In this document: piece by piece, positions 51,401 through 64,000 of the stretch
How the letters are laid out: every line of letters starts with the position of its first letter
Numbering within the stretch: the stretch's first letter is position 1
The notes under the pieces: generated by a model
Seen by the model: only the letters and a program-made list of their open reading frames with translations
The model's database searches: none
What the model was told of the DNA's origin: nothing
Position numbers and translations under genes: made by a program
Assembly (NCBI GenBank): GCA_965235115.1
Contig: OZ249436.1
Span: 23,438,001-23,502,000 of the forward strand
Length of the DNA stretch: 64,000 nucleotides
Direction: 5' to 3'
DNA from: Laetmonice hystrix
Taxonomy: Eukaryota

Positions 51401-54400
51401 GAAATTTCGGTTAACTTAAACCTTTCCCGATTTCCATCAAAATGCAGGTGAAGTGGAACAAAATGCACCTCTATGTTTGAAACATCGATAACGGTCCTAG
51501 GGAGTCTATGGCAGGAGAATCCCTTAGATCCCGCCTAGTTTTCCAGCTTTAATAATGCTCATTCAGAAGCCTACGTTATCTGTGGATGGAGAATAATACG
51601 CGATGGATACATCACGGCCGACTTATAACCAGATCAAACAGACAGATCTATATTATCTGCTCATGTAGGTTATAGATAAATATCGATTTTCCAGCAGAAA
51701 TATCTTATGTAAACTCATAGGCTATTTCCGTGGAAGCGTTCAAATAAGGCCACATGTGTCAGAAGAAAGCATTTCAGAAACGTCACATGTGGCTGGCTTC
51801 GTACTGCCTCAAAGAAAGTAAATGTGCCTGGTACCTACTGCTTCATTCCTATACGGGCCAATAGGAACATGTTACTATCACACAGTTTAGCTACTCTCAG
51901 TTCTGTTTGTAGTGTACTTTTGATTGTCTCCCAGGCATTTTGACACTTTTCTTTGTCATGATGCAAAATGTGTCGTGCATTATAGATAGGGGTGTCTCCT
52001 GACACCCTCTATCAGCTCCCTCACCTGTTGCTTTGTCAGGTTTGTATATTCCCGCGGCATGGTTGGTGTGAGGGCTTCCCGAATTTGACGTCATAATATG
52101 GAGTTCCCCTTGCGTTTACCGGCGCGTTCATCGCAAAAATTGAGCAATGTTCAAAAATTGCTATCAACGGATCCGTTTGATCGCACCCGATAATCGTGGT
52201 CGGAGGTATGTGTCATGCTTGGTTGTAAACCATAATGTCCAAACCCATTTGGACGGATGCGATGACTGGACGCGGTGTACGGATGCGGTAAACGCTTGTA
52301 TGTGTCTCCAGCTTGATGTGTTGCCGCATGTTTGCCGTCCGTTCATCGCATCCGGTAACCGGGTGCGTCAAACGCTACTGCGATTACCGCAGGTATGTGT
52401 CACCGGCTTAACTTTGAATTGCTACTGACGCCTGGCGGAAGTGAGTGACCTAGATATAGGGCTCCAGTACAGAGGGTCGCTTCTTGTGGTAAAAACTATC
52501 TAATTTCTACCTGAAACTTGGGGAGTACTTCTCGGACATAGCTCAATACCAGGCAACTTTGGAGAGAAGATTCCAAGTCTCGGAATGGAGCTCGCGATGT
52601 GAACTCCAAAGCTATTTACTAACATTAAAACAAATCTCACTTAAAAGTCCAATGGCATTCTCCATATAGAGAGGTCCACACTGCAGACAGTGGCGTATAT
52701 ACTGTATATTTCGGTATTAAACGTGAAATACAGCTGTAAAATATCTGGCAATTGTCAAGGGGAGAAACATAATATTTTTTCGAATTCAGTCGAAAAAAAA
52801 CAACATGAAAACATGCACTGACTTAATGGGGAATCGAACGACAGACCTGCCACGTATCAAGCACAGACTCTTCTCAAGAGCTATCCCGTTCGGCTTACTG
52901 ATATTACTTTCAATTGCTACTCACGCCTGACTTTGTAGGTAGCTGGAGTAACTTCAAAAATATTAAATCTTTTGCTTTGAAAGTCTATATATATATTAAA
53001 CATGTATAGCTCCTTGTGTGTAAAGTTTGAAGTATGGCTGCGTGCGTAAATGGCTAGAGTGAGAAATGAATTCCCGCCCCGTTGGCACACAATCAACCGT
53101 TTGCCACCAGGTAGCAGCACGTCTCGACTATAATATATACAGGCATGTCAGTGTTTCCGAGATCCGCCCAATTTCCGAGAATTTCGAGGAATAAAAGCCT
53201 AGCTGGGCCTAATTCAGAGCCCCAAAACATAGCATCCAGCGCATTTTTGCTGACACTGTGCACACCTAGATATCTTCCATCAATAGGCCTACCGTGCCGT
53301 CCTGGGCACCCTCACCGGCCTCGGAAGGGCCGAGGAAGACATTGGCATCAACACGTGCTTATATTTACAAAATTTCCGAGTCAGCGGAGGACTTTGCGTC
53401 CGCTGAAAATCTACGGAGTGAATGGCGTCTATCTGCTCTGGGATTGGCTAAAGATACATGGAAATTAAGTTGATATTATTTCCTCCAATGAGAACGCATC
53501 GTTTATTCTCTCCCCTATTTGCAAACACAAATGTGATGGCGCCGACTGATGGATGGTGGTGCGAGTGTGAAGATCCACGGCTCCACGTATTCGTCTGGGT
53601 GTTACCCAAAATCTAAGCCAAAGGAATGGAAAAGTCTATGTGAAAAAATTCTATTTGGTCTAGTTAAGGGGATGAGAGGTGGTGTAGGTTTGATACCTAG
53701 GCTAAGCGAATCAGTCATGTGCACTAGTCGGTTGGCAGGCGTCTAGCCTACGTAGTAAGCCTTGCCTCACCGGCATCCATTTATCTCGACAGTAGGTGTG
53801 ACGAGCCCTGAAGCAGTGTTTCTAATAGTACAACGTCAAATTTAAAATTCATGTCAGATTATCGTTCTACCGGCCGCCATGTTACCGTTACCCGCTCGGA
53901 AATCCTGAACAGCGACCTTCGGCTCTGTTGGCTAGCAGGCGTCTGGCTGACAGTGCCGGGAGAGGCGGTGTCGCTGCCTGGGGTGAGGTGTGAGTTGATT
54001 GGGGGAAAACATTGCAAAATACGCCTTGCAGATCAGACAACCCAGCAGACCTTGCCATTATTAGTCTGCCCCATGTCTGGACTGGAGCAGTGTTTAGGTC
54101 CACCCAGCCTAAGATGGCCACCAACTGAAAGCGAAAAAATAATTAAGGATTTTAATTTTTTTTAATTTAAAACAATTCTCCCGGGTTGAAAACCTTCATT
54201 TTTGATGGGGGTTTTTCATTGAAATGGGGGGGGGGGGGGGGTTACCCATGTATTACAGCTGCCAAAAAAATTCAGGGAATTTTGGTCTGGGCCACAGACA
54301 TGCCTGCTATATAGAACTGCTTCACTGTACTCCCGATAGGGGGCCGGGCGCTGGCGGCGGCAGATGGAGTGAGCCGTGCAACAGTGCTACTACATGTATA

Positions 54401-55927
54401 CTATACTATCCCTGACCCTGTTCCTTTGCCTCGATCGAGGTTGTGAATAAACATATTGTATTGTATTGTATTGAATTGTATTGAGAATATGTGTTGCAGG
54501 GATGGTCACATATCAATATGTCGGCTAAATATCAGGGACCCCCTAACTTCCACATATTGGGACTAGAACTTCCTCACTCAATATTAAATATGAGGGACCC
54601 CCTACCTGCCACATATTGGGACTAGCGTATCCGGGACCCCCTACCTACCACATAGCGATATGTGGCAGCCCCCGACCTGGGATATTGGCGAGGCGTGCTG
54701 CGACCTGGTACTAAACTTCGAAACTAGCCATTGTTGAGAAAGAAATGCCTATTACTCTGAAACCGTGTAAGATAGAGCCATGGTTACTATTGAACATGAA
54801 TAGGAATATGCTCTTTCAAATGCCACGTATTATTTCATGACGTCATTGGCATTTTCTAAGAATTTCCACAGGCCTGTAACTCCTAAACGATCCTAGATAC
54901 GACCATACTATTGTACACGAGTAAGAACTCATAATGTACTAAAGCCAGTTGTGCCAATGCTATAGCCATACTAATCCCCTTGTGTGGTCTTGGCTAGGTA
55001 CAAGTCACGGCTAGGTACATGTATGTACACGTCATGGCTAGGTACACGTCATGTACATAAATGGGAAATGGGATCCGGTGTTGCCCAGCAACACCTATTG
55101 CCTCGTTATACATGTCGTAGTAGTAGTAGTTAGACTCATGCCCCATTTTGATATTAATGTTAAAAGAAAAGACCATCGCCAGTCTGTATAGGCCAGGCAC
55201 ACATGCCGTGATATTCTAAGCAAGTTAAAAAATATTTGAACAAAATTGGTGCTCAGATGGTTAAGATATAGGCACTTTAGTGCCGGAGGCTTCTTACAAC
55301 CTGCTCAGCTGGTAAAGGCCGCCATTCCTTGGGCTAATCTCAAAGTGCGCATGCTCGCCCTAGGCGAGCATGCGCAGCACGACTGCTCCCCAGTTTGGGA
55401 GGAACTCAAAGCTGACGCACCTGTTGCGTTGATCGATTTGGAAGGCAGCGAACGTTGACAGCTTATAAGCAAAATTTGTTAGAACATAGACGAAAACCAT
55501 CGATAGTGATGAGGAATGGCTAGGAAAAGCCTACCGATGTCAGGGGACATATCAGGGTGGACACGGATCTGGACAGCCGTGGGTTTCGGCCGCCTGCATT
55601 CGTCCCACTTGGATTCGTGCATGCGTGGGATGTTGACGGGAGCTCTGGCCTGTGAGGCCCGGCGCCACTCTGACTACGACCGCGAGCAATGGCAGTGTCA
55701 GCATGGTCAGTACAGACCTGCTGCGTTTAGTTGTGACTGTGACTGTGACTGTGGGACTGACCCCCGTCGATTTGCCACCCGCCTCGGCTGCCGTTTAGCC
55801 TAGTATAGCCTAGCCCTGGCATGCAAAAGATTTGCCCTGGAACGTCACTTCCGGTCAGCCCAATAGCAACAAATGGCTGCGCTGCTGAAGCCAGTGATTT
55901 TGACACGGTTGTCATGTTCAATATTAT

Positions 55928-55962
<35 letters not shown>

Positions 55963-56354
55963 AATACGAATACTTTAATACATAATACGTAACATACACA
56001 CAGTACAGAACATACAGAACACATACAGTAGGACAATTTGATAATTCAGGATTTACACTCTGCTGAGATTTGGACACCAGGAAGTTTAAAAATAACTTGT
56101 GATGTCGTCTGTTCTTACGGATTTTAAAACAATTTCACTTGATGGATAGGATATATTTTTGTACATACTGGAATTTTCTTTAACTTATATAAACATACAC
56201 CAACACGCATACAGGTGTGAACACAGCCACAATCAGACAAACATAAAGACAATATAGACAAAGACATGTAACAAGATATTTTAACTATGATAAGCTAGAT
56301 AAGATTCCCTAGATATTCATTAGTACGCAGAGAACAAGGTAGATGTTAAGGATA

Positions 56355-59300
56355 TTAACTCATGTTTGAGAAAAATAGGCTCTTTACCATTCTTTTATAT
56401 GTTCCAATACTACATTGGGTTTCCAGCACTTTTTTATATTTGTTAGCAAATTTTGGGCCTTGGATGATGATGGTGTTTTCGAAATATTTGGTTCTATAAT
56501 TTGGCACATGATATAAACATAGATTTAACTGTCTAGTGTTTCTTACGGCAACGTCCTGATATTCGATAAAGAGTTCGGTACAGACTTCAGGGAGAAGATC
56601 ATTTCTAAGCTTGAACATAAATGGGTCATTCCATGTCAAATCGACCAGTGGCTCCCGGGTGACCATCTCCAATTTTTTTCTTATTTGGCATGTAGTTAGA
56701 TCTATATATCTGAAGTACATTTCTGAAATTTTTCTTCCAAATTCCCAACGGTTCCCATGTTATACCCCCATGAGCCGTTTTTAGAGAGCTGCCATTCAGA
56801 AATTATAAGAGCTGGCAACTTGTATTTTTGCCCACTGAAACTTTAATATGTAGAGACCAGGAAAAAGTAATAACATTTTAATTCTCTGCTTATTCCTTGG
56901 AGTACCATGCCCCCCAAAATAGAAAAAAACACATCGGAGAAAAAAAAATTCAATATTCAAACATTTTTCATGCAAAAGTTCCTTCTTGTAACTTCTTGAT
57001 CTTTGGGGATTTGATTTATGGTTATATGAGGTGCATGCAAACACCAAAATAATCTTCTAAAAATAGACACAGGTGGCGCCACTAGTGGTCAAAAATGGCC
57101 GATCGCTAAATATGACCCATTTTGAGGGGCCATTTTGCCTATGTTGCCAAGGTGGAAGAGCACTGTGATATTTTTTCCTTGATAAAGCACATTTTGGACA
57201 TTAAAGAAAACTAAGCCCCTAATCCCTTCCATACTTCCTTCTCTGTCAAATAGTTTTTCAAATAATATCCATTTGAGTAAAGTTCACGCTGTGACGAGAT
57301 ACAAGGTACATTGTTTTTATATCATAAAATTTTTATTATTTGCCACAGAATTCTTGAAAGTGGTAAATAGCTTAAACTGTTGGTCTTTTGAAGATTTTTG
57401 TATTTAAATTAATTATTAAAGTAATTAATTAATTATAAAATAAATTTATGATTTATTTTTATATTTTATTTTATATTATTATATTTTATGATTTTAAGTT
57501 AATAAATCAATAATTTAATTAATTAATTAAATTAATTAATTAAAATAAATTTATAAATTTATTTATAATTAATTAATTAACTAATTAATTTAAAGACAAA
57601 AATCTACAAAAGACCAACAGTTTAGGATATTTACCACTTTCAAGAATTCTTTGGCAAATAATAAAAATTTTATGATATAAAAACAACGTACCTCATATCC
57701 CGTCACAGCGTGAACTTTACTCAAATGGATATTATTTGAAAAATTATTTGACAGGGAAGGAAGTATGGAAGGGATTAGGGACTTAGTTTTTGTTAATGGC
57801 AAAAATGTGCACTATCAAGGAAAAAATATCCCAACGCTCTTCCTCCTTGGCCACATAGGTAAAATGGCCTCTCAAAATGGGTCATATTTAGCGATCGGCC
57901 AACTTTGGCCACTAGTGGCGCCACCTGTGTCTATTTTTGGAAGATTATTTTGGTGTCTACATGCACCTCATATAGCCATAAATCAAATCCCCCAAAATCA
58001 AGAAGTTACAAGAAATAACCTTCGCATGAAAAATGTTTGAATATTGAACTTTTTTTTCTCCGATCTGTTTTTTTCTATTTTGGGGGGCATGGTGTTCCAA
58101 GGAATAAGCAAAGAAATAAAATGTTATTGCTTTTTCCTGGTCTCTACGTATTGAAGTTTCAGTGGGGAAAAATACAAGTTGCCAGCTCTTACAGTTTCTG
58201 AATGATAGCCCTCTAAAAATGGCTCAGAATTAAACGTGCTTTGTTCAGGGGTACCCCCACCCTCGCTTATCGGGGTGTAACTCGGAGACCGTTGGGTATT
58301 TTGGAGCAAAATTTTAGGATTGTACTGCAAATACACAGGTCTAACTGCATGCCAAATTTGAAAGAAATCGAAGATGGTCACCCGGGAAGATTTTCCAAAA
58401 TTGGTCGATTTGACATGGAATGACCCAAATATGAGTACGTTATACGCATATAGCCACTTGAGGGGAAGTATATTTAAATTTCTAAAAAGCGGTAGCGTAT
58501 GTTGACGTCTGCTATTATTGGTAAGTATTCTCACAGCTCTTTTTTGTAATTTAACTAAGGGATTAAGGGTATTTGTACTGGATGTTCCCCAGATCGTGGT
58601 ACCATTAATAAGGTATGGGTAAATAAGGCTATAATAGAAATTATGGAGATTCTCTCTATCAAGTATCTTGACAAGTTTATTTAAGACGGCAATATTTTTG
58701 CTAATTTTTAATGCGATGTAATTTACATGCCCTTTCCAAGATAGTTTTTCATCAATAATGTACCCCAGATATTTTATTTGTGCTACACGCTCTACTTCTA
58801 TATTATTTAAGTATAGTTTTAAGTTACAGTTAGGGTTAACACCTTTTCTGGAGAAGAGGATATATTTAGATTTTTTAACATTTAGAGATAATTTATTCAT
58901 TCTAAGCCAGTTGACAATTTTCTTAAGCTCTTGGTTAGCCATGCTTATTAAGTCAGCAGGGTCTTCGCCCTGTAAAAAGAAGGCACTGTCATCAGCGAAT
59001 AAGTTTAATATGAATTCGGAAGATACATTCGATAGATCATTTATGTATATAAGGAAGAGCAGGGGCCCTAAAATAGATCCTTGTGGAACGCCTGTAGTTA
59101 TTATTTTGTTAAGCGACGTGGCATCGTTATATTTAACGTGTTGGTGCCTATCCGATAAATAACTTTTGAACCAATTTAAAGGGGTTCCCCTGATTCCATA
59201 GTGGTTTAATTTTTCTATTAGGATACCTAGGTTAACAGTATCGAAAGCCTTACTAAAATCTAAGAAAATTCCTAGAGTATACTTTCCATTTTCAAAGGAG

Positions 59301-59442
59301 CTTGCAATGTAATTATTTAAGAAGTTCAGAGCTAATTCCGTTGAATGTTTTTCCCTAAATCCAAATTGGTAGTTATAAAGTATTCCATGACGTTTAAGAA
59401 ATTTAAGTAATCTTTTATGAACCAATTTTTCAAAAAGCTTTG
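56355..59442 (-). pseudogene. LINE ORF2 reverse transcriptase fragment, interrupted at 56623-58426
   Basis: QFGFR, FLDFSKAFDTV, GVPQGSILGPLLFLIYINDL, FADD, KYLG; removing the insertion restores the frame (YNVLIF-MFKLRNDLLP). Confidence 0.92.
56623..58426. mobile_element. Foldback (near-palindromic) non-autonomous DNA transposon, Sola2-like
   Basis: TIR gggtcattccatgtcaaatcgacca; 4-bp TSD aaat; arms inverted over about 0.8 kb; AT-only core at about 57400-57595. Confidence 0.85.
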
Positions 59443-61460
59443 ATGACTTCTTGGAATAGGGGGACATTTATTTCCAACCACTACTCTGAAAGGTGAGTAT
59501 ATATAGAGGCCTTGCAGCTGTCCAAATGTGATTTTTGACTGGTCTTCTCCTTTAAAGATATTTTAATGAAACATGGTGTGCTTGATAAGTATTGTGATTG
59601 TCGACTATACAAATGAGTTATGAGTAAAAACTGTTCCATATATATTGGCCGCTCTTTCACAGGAAATTGGGACTTTTGAAAAACTCTATATACCAGAATT
59701 ATTCGCTAAGGGCCTGATAACATGGCCTTATGCACTTTGACCTTTGTTGTTTATAGGTTAAACTTTAGGAAACGGTTAAATCCTATCTACTCTTCTAATT
59801 TTTAAGGAAATTTAATCAAATTCGGTCTAGAGCATCCCGTTAGATGGGTCATGAAAGTGGAGGACGAACCTTATCGATTTGACCTATATTAAGTGAGTCA
59901 CGTGACCTCAAAAACGGTAGAAGACAGAGGCAAAGTTACTATAGAAAATGTATAGGAAATCATATATGGTATTTTATTATAACCCTTTATTTTTCAGGTC
60001 ACGTGACCTGTGATGTCATAAAGAGGTCACCTGTATTTTCCCAGGGCGATAACTTTTAACTGGTTGAAGATATAGCCATAGTTACTATTAAACACTAATA
60101 CGAAGTCATATATGCTCTTTCATGACACACCTTTATTTTTTAGGTCACATGACTTATGACGTCATGAGGAGGTCACCTAGATTTTCCTAGGGCTATAACT
60201 TCTAAATGGTTGAAGATAGAGCCATAGTGACTATTAAGCACTAATATGAAGTCATATGTGCTCTATCGTTTGACAGCATTATTTTTAAGTCACGTGACCT
60301 GTGACGTCATAAGGATGTCAGTAATATTATCAGGCAAGTAAATAGAGCTACGGAACCTAATTTTCGTACATTATTGAAGCAATGTTTTTGCCACTTTGTC
60401 CGATGTATAGGAAATATTTCATATAAATCCTTTAACCCTCAGAAACGGGTGAATGGGATCTGATGGTGCCCTGCAACATCTTGCCTCTAGTTTACTTTTG
60501 AGATTGTACTTTGGTTTCCTGGCACGGTTAGGATTCCAAATGTCACATGTATTGCTGCACTTCCTTTTTATGCCCCTCTCAAGCGCAGTGGTTCCACACC
60601 AGGAATGCCTGTAAAATGAAGAAATATTAATGAAAAAAATACATGTATAAACTCTACGTTAAAAGTCATATAATAGTATATAGAAACAACTATTTTTACC
60701 AAATACAATATATGTAAATACCATAAATGAATTGAATAATATGTAGAGGATACCAGTAACATCTTCTACGCGGGGCCCCCATAATCCAGTCCCATTTTCT
60801 ATGTCAAACTTAACTTTAGCACCGAACATCGAATATGTTTCCTTAATCTTTGGAGTAGATGAAGAATAACTTGTATATTAAGCGCATACACATTATGTGC
60901 GATCGTATGATAAAAAGGCTATGAATTGTACTGGGTGTTGTGCGACAGTAATGACGTCACGACCATTTTTATCCTGGTACCTGCGCACTTTCGATTGCAG
61001 AATTAGGATTTTGCGATTAACGATCGACTTCGATCGTAATCGCAAGCGACAAACAATATTGTACGTTTATGTTTTTGGGACTGCGACTTTCGGTTTGGAA
61101 CCACGCTTCGGCAAAACCCTCCAACGTCACTCGCAATTTCAATCGCTTTTTCAGGAACTGCAACAGTGTCAAAGATTGTGATTACTCGCGATGAGCTTAC
61201 TACTTCCATTAAAATTGTAATGATTTTAGTCAGTCTTTTGAGGCGTTACAATGCAAGGTTTTACTTGTGCAACACTACACAGGGAAAATAATAAACATTT
61301 TTAGACAATTGTAGAAGTTATAGTCAAAGAAAAGAGTGTTCCAGTGTTTTTGGCCCACCCGATATATAATACAGCCCTGTCTGAACCGATATAATATTGG
61401 TTAGAATGATAGTCATGCTCCAGTTATTACTTCGAAGGTTTTACCTGTTTCAACTTCCAG

Positions 61461-61503
61461 GCTCGGTTTCTCATCACAACTCTTGGGCTACTGACACTTA
61501 TTG
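61461..61503 (+). CDS. Exon encoding a probable signal peptide of the vWA gene (ARFLITTLGLLTLI)
   Basis: ttccag acceptor and gtaagt donor; phase 1 joins in frame with the next exon. Confidence 0.7.
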
Positions 61504-61854
61504 GTAAGTTATCAAGTCTCAAATGAAGAGTAGTAACGCTAGCTTTTTACTGTTGTCTGAAATATTTGTTTAAGAAAGGCCCTCATCCAATAATTATTCT
61601 AAATTAAGCCGAGATGCAATGTAAATGTTGTTTTTCGATAGGCCTATGGAACTAGGTCTTATATTAAAGGTGCTTCTGAGAGACCCCTATTTGTGCCGTC
61701 ATCCATGAAAAAATTTGATTTCCTTGGTTGTGAATCTATTTCCATGATAGGGAATCACATAAACATCAACAAAATTAAAAATTAAAAAATGGAACTTTTT
61801 CCCAGCAATAGCACCTTTAAGATCAAAAATCGAAACTTTTATTTTTGTTTTCAG

Positions 61855-62496
61855 GATCTGGTGTTTACACCCAAGAATGTGTCCAGACTAGACCACTTGA
61901 GGTTGTGTTTTTGGTCGATTCATCTGGCAGTATCCAGGACCAGCCGGATGGAAGCCGTGACCCAGAAGACTGGCTTCGCCTACTAATTTTCGTCAAGGAA
62001 GTTGCTGAAGAGCTCCGTAGTAGGATAAGCCAAACCCGTTTGGCCCAAATAGTCTTCAGCGACCGAGCCGAGGTGCACATCCCATTCGTAGATGATGACG
62101 CCACGCAGAGAGGCCGTTCTTTTAATGTAAGCGTGGATGAAACGCCCTACTTTGGGTCGACGACGAATATTTCGGGTGCATTGCTAACAGCTGTCGAACT
62201 ATTACAGAGTCAGTCCCGCTTATCAATGGAACAACGGCTTATAATGCTTATCACGGATGGTCAGGCCAATGTGGACACAGCCCGGACACTGACGTCCGCG
62301 GCGGAAGCTCGCCGTGTAGCCCAGGTTTTTGCAGTGGGAGTCACAGATTCGGTGGATATAACGGAGCTGCGTGCGATCGTCAATGAAGTTCCTAATGCGC
62401 GAAACAGCAGGGTGATCACTGTAGACGACTTCAAGGGTTTGACACAGAGGACTGGAGACGTTATCAGGGTCGTTTGCCCCACTCAACCGCCACCTG
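61855..62496 (+). CDS. Exon: von Willebrand factor A domain 1 (collagen VI/matrilin-like secreted protein)
   Basis: VVFLVDSSGS (MIDAS), TNISGAL, LITDGQAN, VFAVGV; tttcag acceptor and gtgagt donor. Confidence 0.92.
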
Positions 62497-62740
62497 GTGA
62501 GTGAAACTAATGGTACCTAAACAGTCGACCTGCCCGTTAATGCCTCGGCTAGAAAGATACGCAGATAAAAGTTATGATACAGGGCCTACGTCTTTGCCCT
62601 TTCCCGGACCTTTTGTTTGCCTCCACTCACCCCCCCCCCCCCTCCCCCGCCGTAAAGTTTTAAGAGTGACGTCGCCACTGGGTTGTAGTGCATGATTAAG
62701 AGAGCTCATAAGGCCTAAGTGCGTTTCTTCTACTTTTCAG

Positions 62741-62880
62741 TTGTATGCAATTCCAGGGCAAACATAGTGTTTGTGTCAGATTCGTCAGGAAGCGTGGTTG
62801 ATCTAGGGTTGTGGCAGTTTATCCTTCGAGTTCAAGCCGACATCGTGGAACGACTAATTATAGGCCCACAACATTTCCAG
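62741..62880 (+). CDS. Exon: vWA domain 2, N-terminal part
   Basis: CNSRANIVFVSDSSGSVVD...IGPQHFQ; ttttcag acceptor and gtttgg donor; phases compatible; not in the ORF track. Confidence 0.85.
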
Positions 62881-63021
62881 GTTTGGCCTTAGGCTTATTG
62901 GGCTCTATTTTACTGTCTACATTCACGGTGTATTCTTGAAAACTCTACTCTATTTGGCCTATACGTCTTGGATGAAGATACGGATGGCACAGCTAAGAAT
63001 CGGTGTCTATCGTGTTTTCAG

Positions 63022-63290
63022 GTTGCTTCTATACAGTTTAGCGACCAGGCGACAGTGAACTTCGGCCTTAACCGGTTTCTGACTCAAGTCTCGCTGGTAC
63101 GCGCTATCCTGGCCACAAACTTCACGAACGTGGGCCTGACAACACGAGCTTCCGGTCTGATCGCAGCCAGCGACCTTCTGGCGTCTCACGAAACGGCCCG
63201 GACGCTGAGAGACGTTCCCAACATCGTCTTGCTCATCACTGACGGTTTCTCGGACCAGGCCACCGAGGACTTCTTGGACGCCGCTAGGAG
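63022..63290 (+). CDS. Exon: vWA domain 2, middle part
   Basis: VASIQFSD...NIVLLITDGFS; ttttcag acceptor and gtacga donor; the gene presumably continues downstream. Confidence 0.85.
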
Positions 63291-64000
63291 GTACGACTGG
63301 TGGCACTTTGCGAGTTCTAAGTGCCCTTAATCCATCTTCTGGTTTTTAGTTGCATTTATTGTAGTTATGTAGGCGTTATGTGCCTAGTCAACATATGATT
63401 TTCAAGAGAATTTTTTCAACCCGGAATCCATATTCTACAGGGTGCATAAACAAAGGATAGGCTACACTCAGAAAAATTAACCAGAAACGAACCTTTCATC
63501 GTTTTCAGCAAATCCGTCCATTAGTAGATGAAGGTTTCACGCATTTATTAACATCACGATCATGTACAGCATGTCACGCCTGTGTGAACAGGGGCCAGTT
63601 TAGTAAAGACAAAAATGCAAGGTTTAAAACAGGATAAGAGAACAGAGGAGGGAAATTTAACATGTGCTGTGTTTACTACAAATTCCTTGGAAAAGAAAAA
63701 GTGTTAGTCCTCCACATGACCGCCATTTCTTTACACACATCTTTGCACCCTCCCCAGCATATCTTCCGAAGCGGCCAGATGATCACCCTGGCAGTTAGAA
63801 CACTTTGCAGTGTTCTGACAGGTGTTGCCGAAACAAACCTATGGCCGCATCAAAGGATATGCTCTACTCTGACATGGCAAATCACAGTAACTCCTATTTT
63901 GGTGATTTTGAGTTTTCTTCAAATACATACATCACTAGAAATGATGGACGTTAGGCTGTGCATGGATAGCGCAACAATTAAGTTGAGCCGGTGCGGTTGT

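Larger units (their letters stand above)
55931..59442 (-). mobile_element. 5'-truncated CR1/L2-group LINE
   Basis: RT ORF on the minus strand; 3' UTR; 31-nt poly(A) tail (T run 55931-55961); candidate TSD atgac. Confidence 0.9.

Overview
Eukaryotic, probably invertebrate animal, genomic DNA (inferred from spliced exons and repeat types). It is almost entirely nested transposable elements, with the 5' exons of a secreted multi-vWA-domain gene at the far right (61461-63290, +). Main contents: (1) a deeply nested stack of non-autonomous TIR DNA transposons at 4.3-12.2 kb; (2) a 6.5-kb LTR element (13438-19907, TSD ACGT) with no RT or integrase, a frameshifted F-type envelope gene, and two LTRs that match for 544 bp and then diverge; (3) an Academ-like transposase C-terminal fragment; (4) a decayed minus-strand Ty3/Gypsy gag-pol with a C-terminal chromodomain; (5) a young non-autonomous LTR element (40283-43709, apparently identical 850-bp LTRs, TSD ATTT) carrying an antisense BEL/Pao-integrase-like remnant; (6) a 5'-truncated CR1/L2-group LINE split by a 1.8-kb foldback element; (7) many MITEs. 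Comparing repeat copies shows recurrent TA to TAGGCCTA micro-insertions that look like transposon excision footprints. Superfamily calls rest on termini/TSD patterns and motif recognition by eye; no database search was run.
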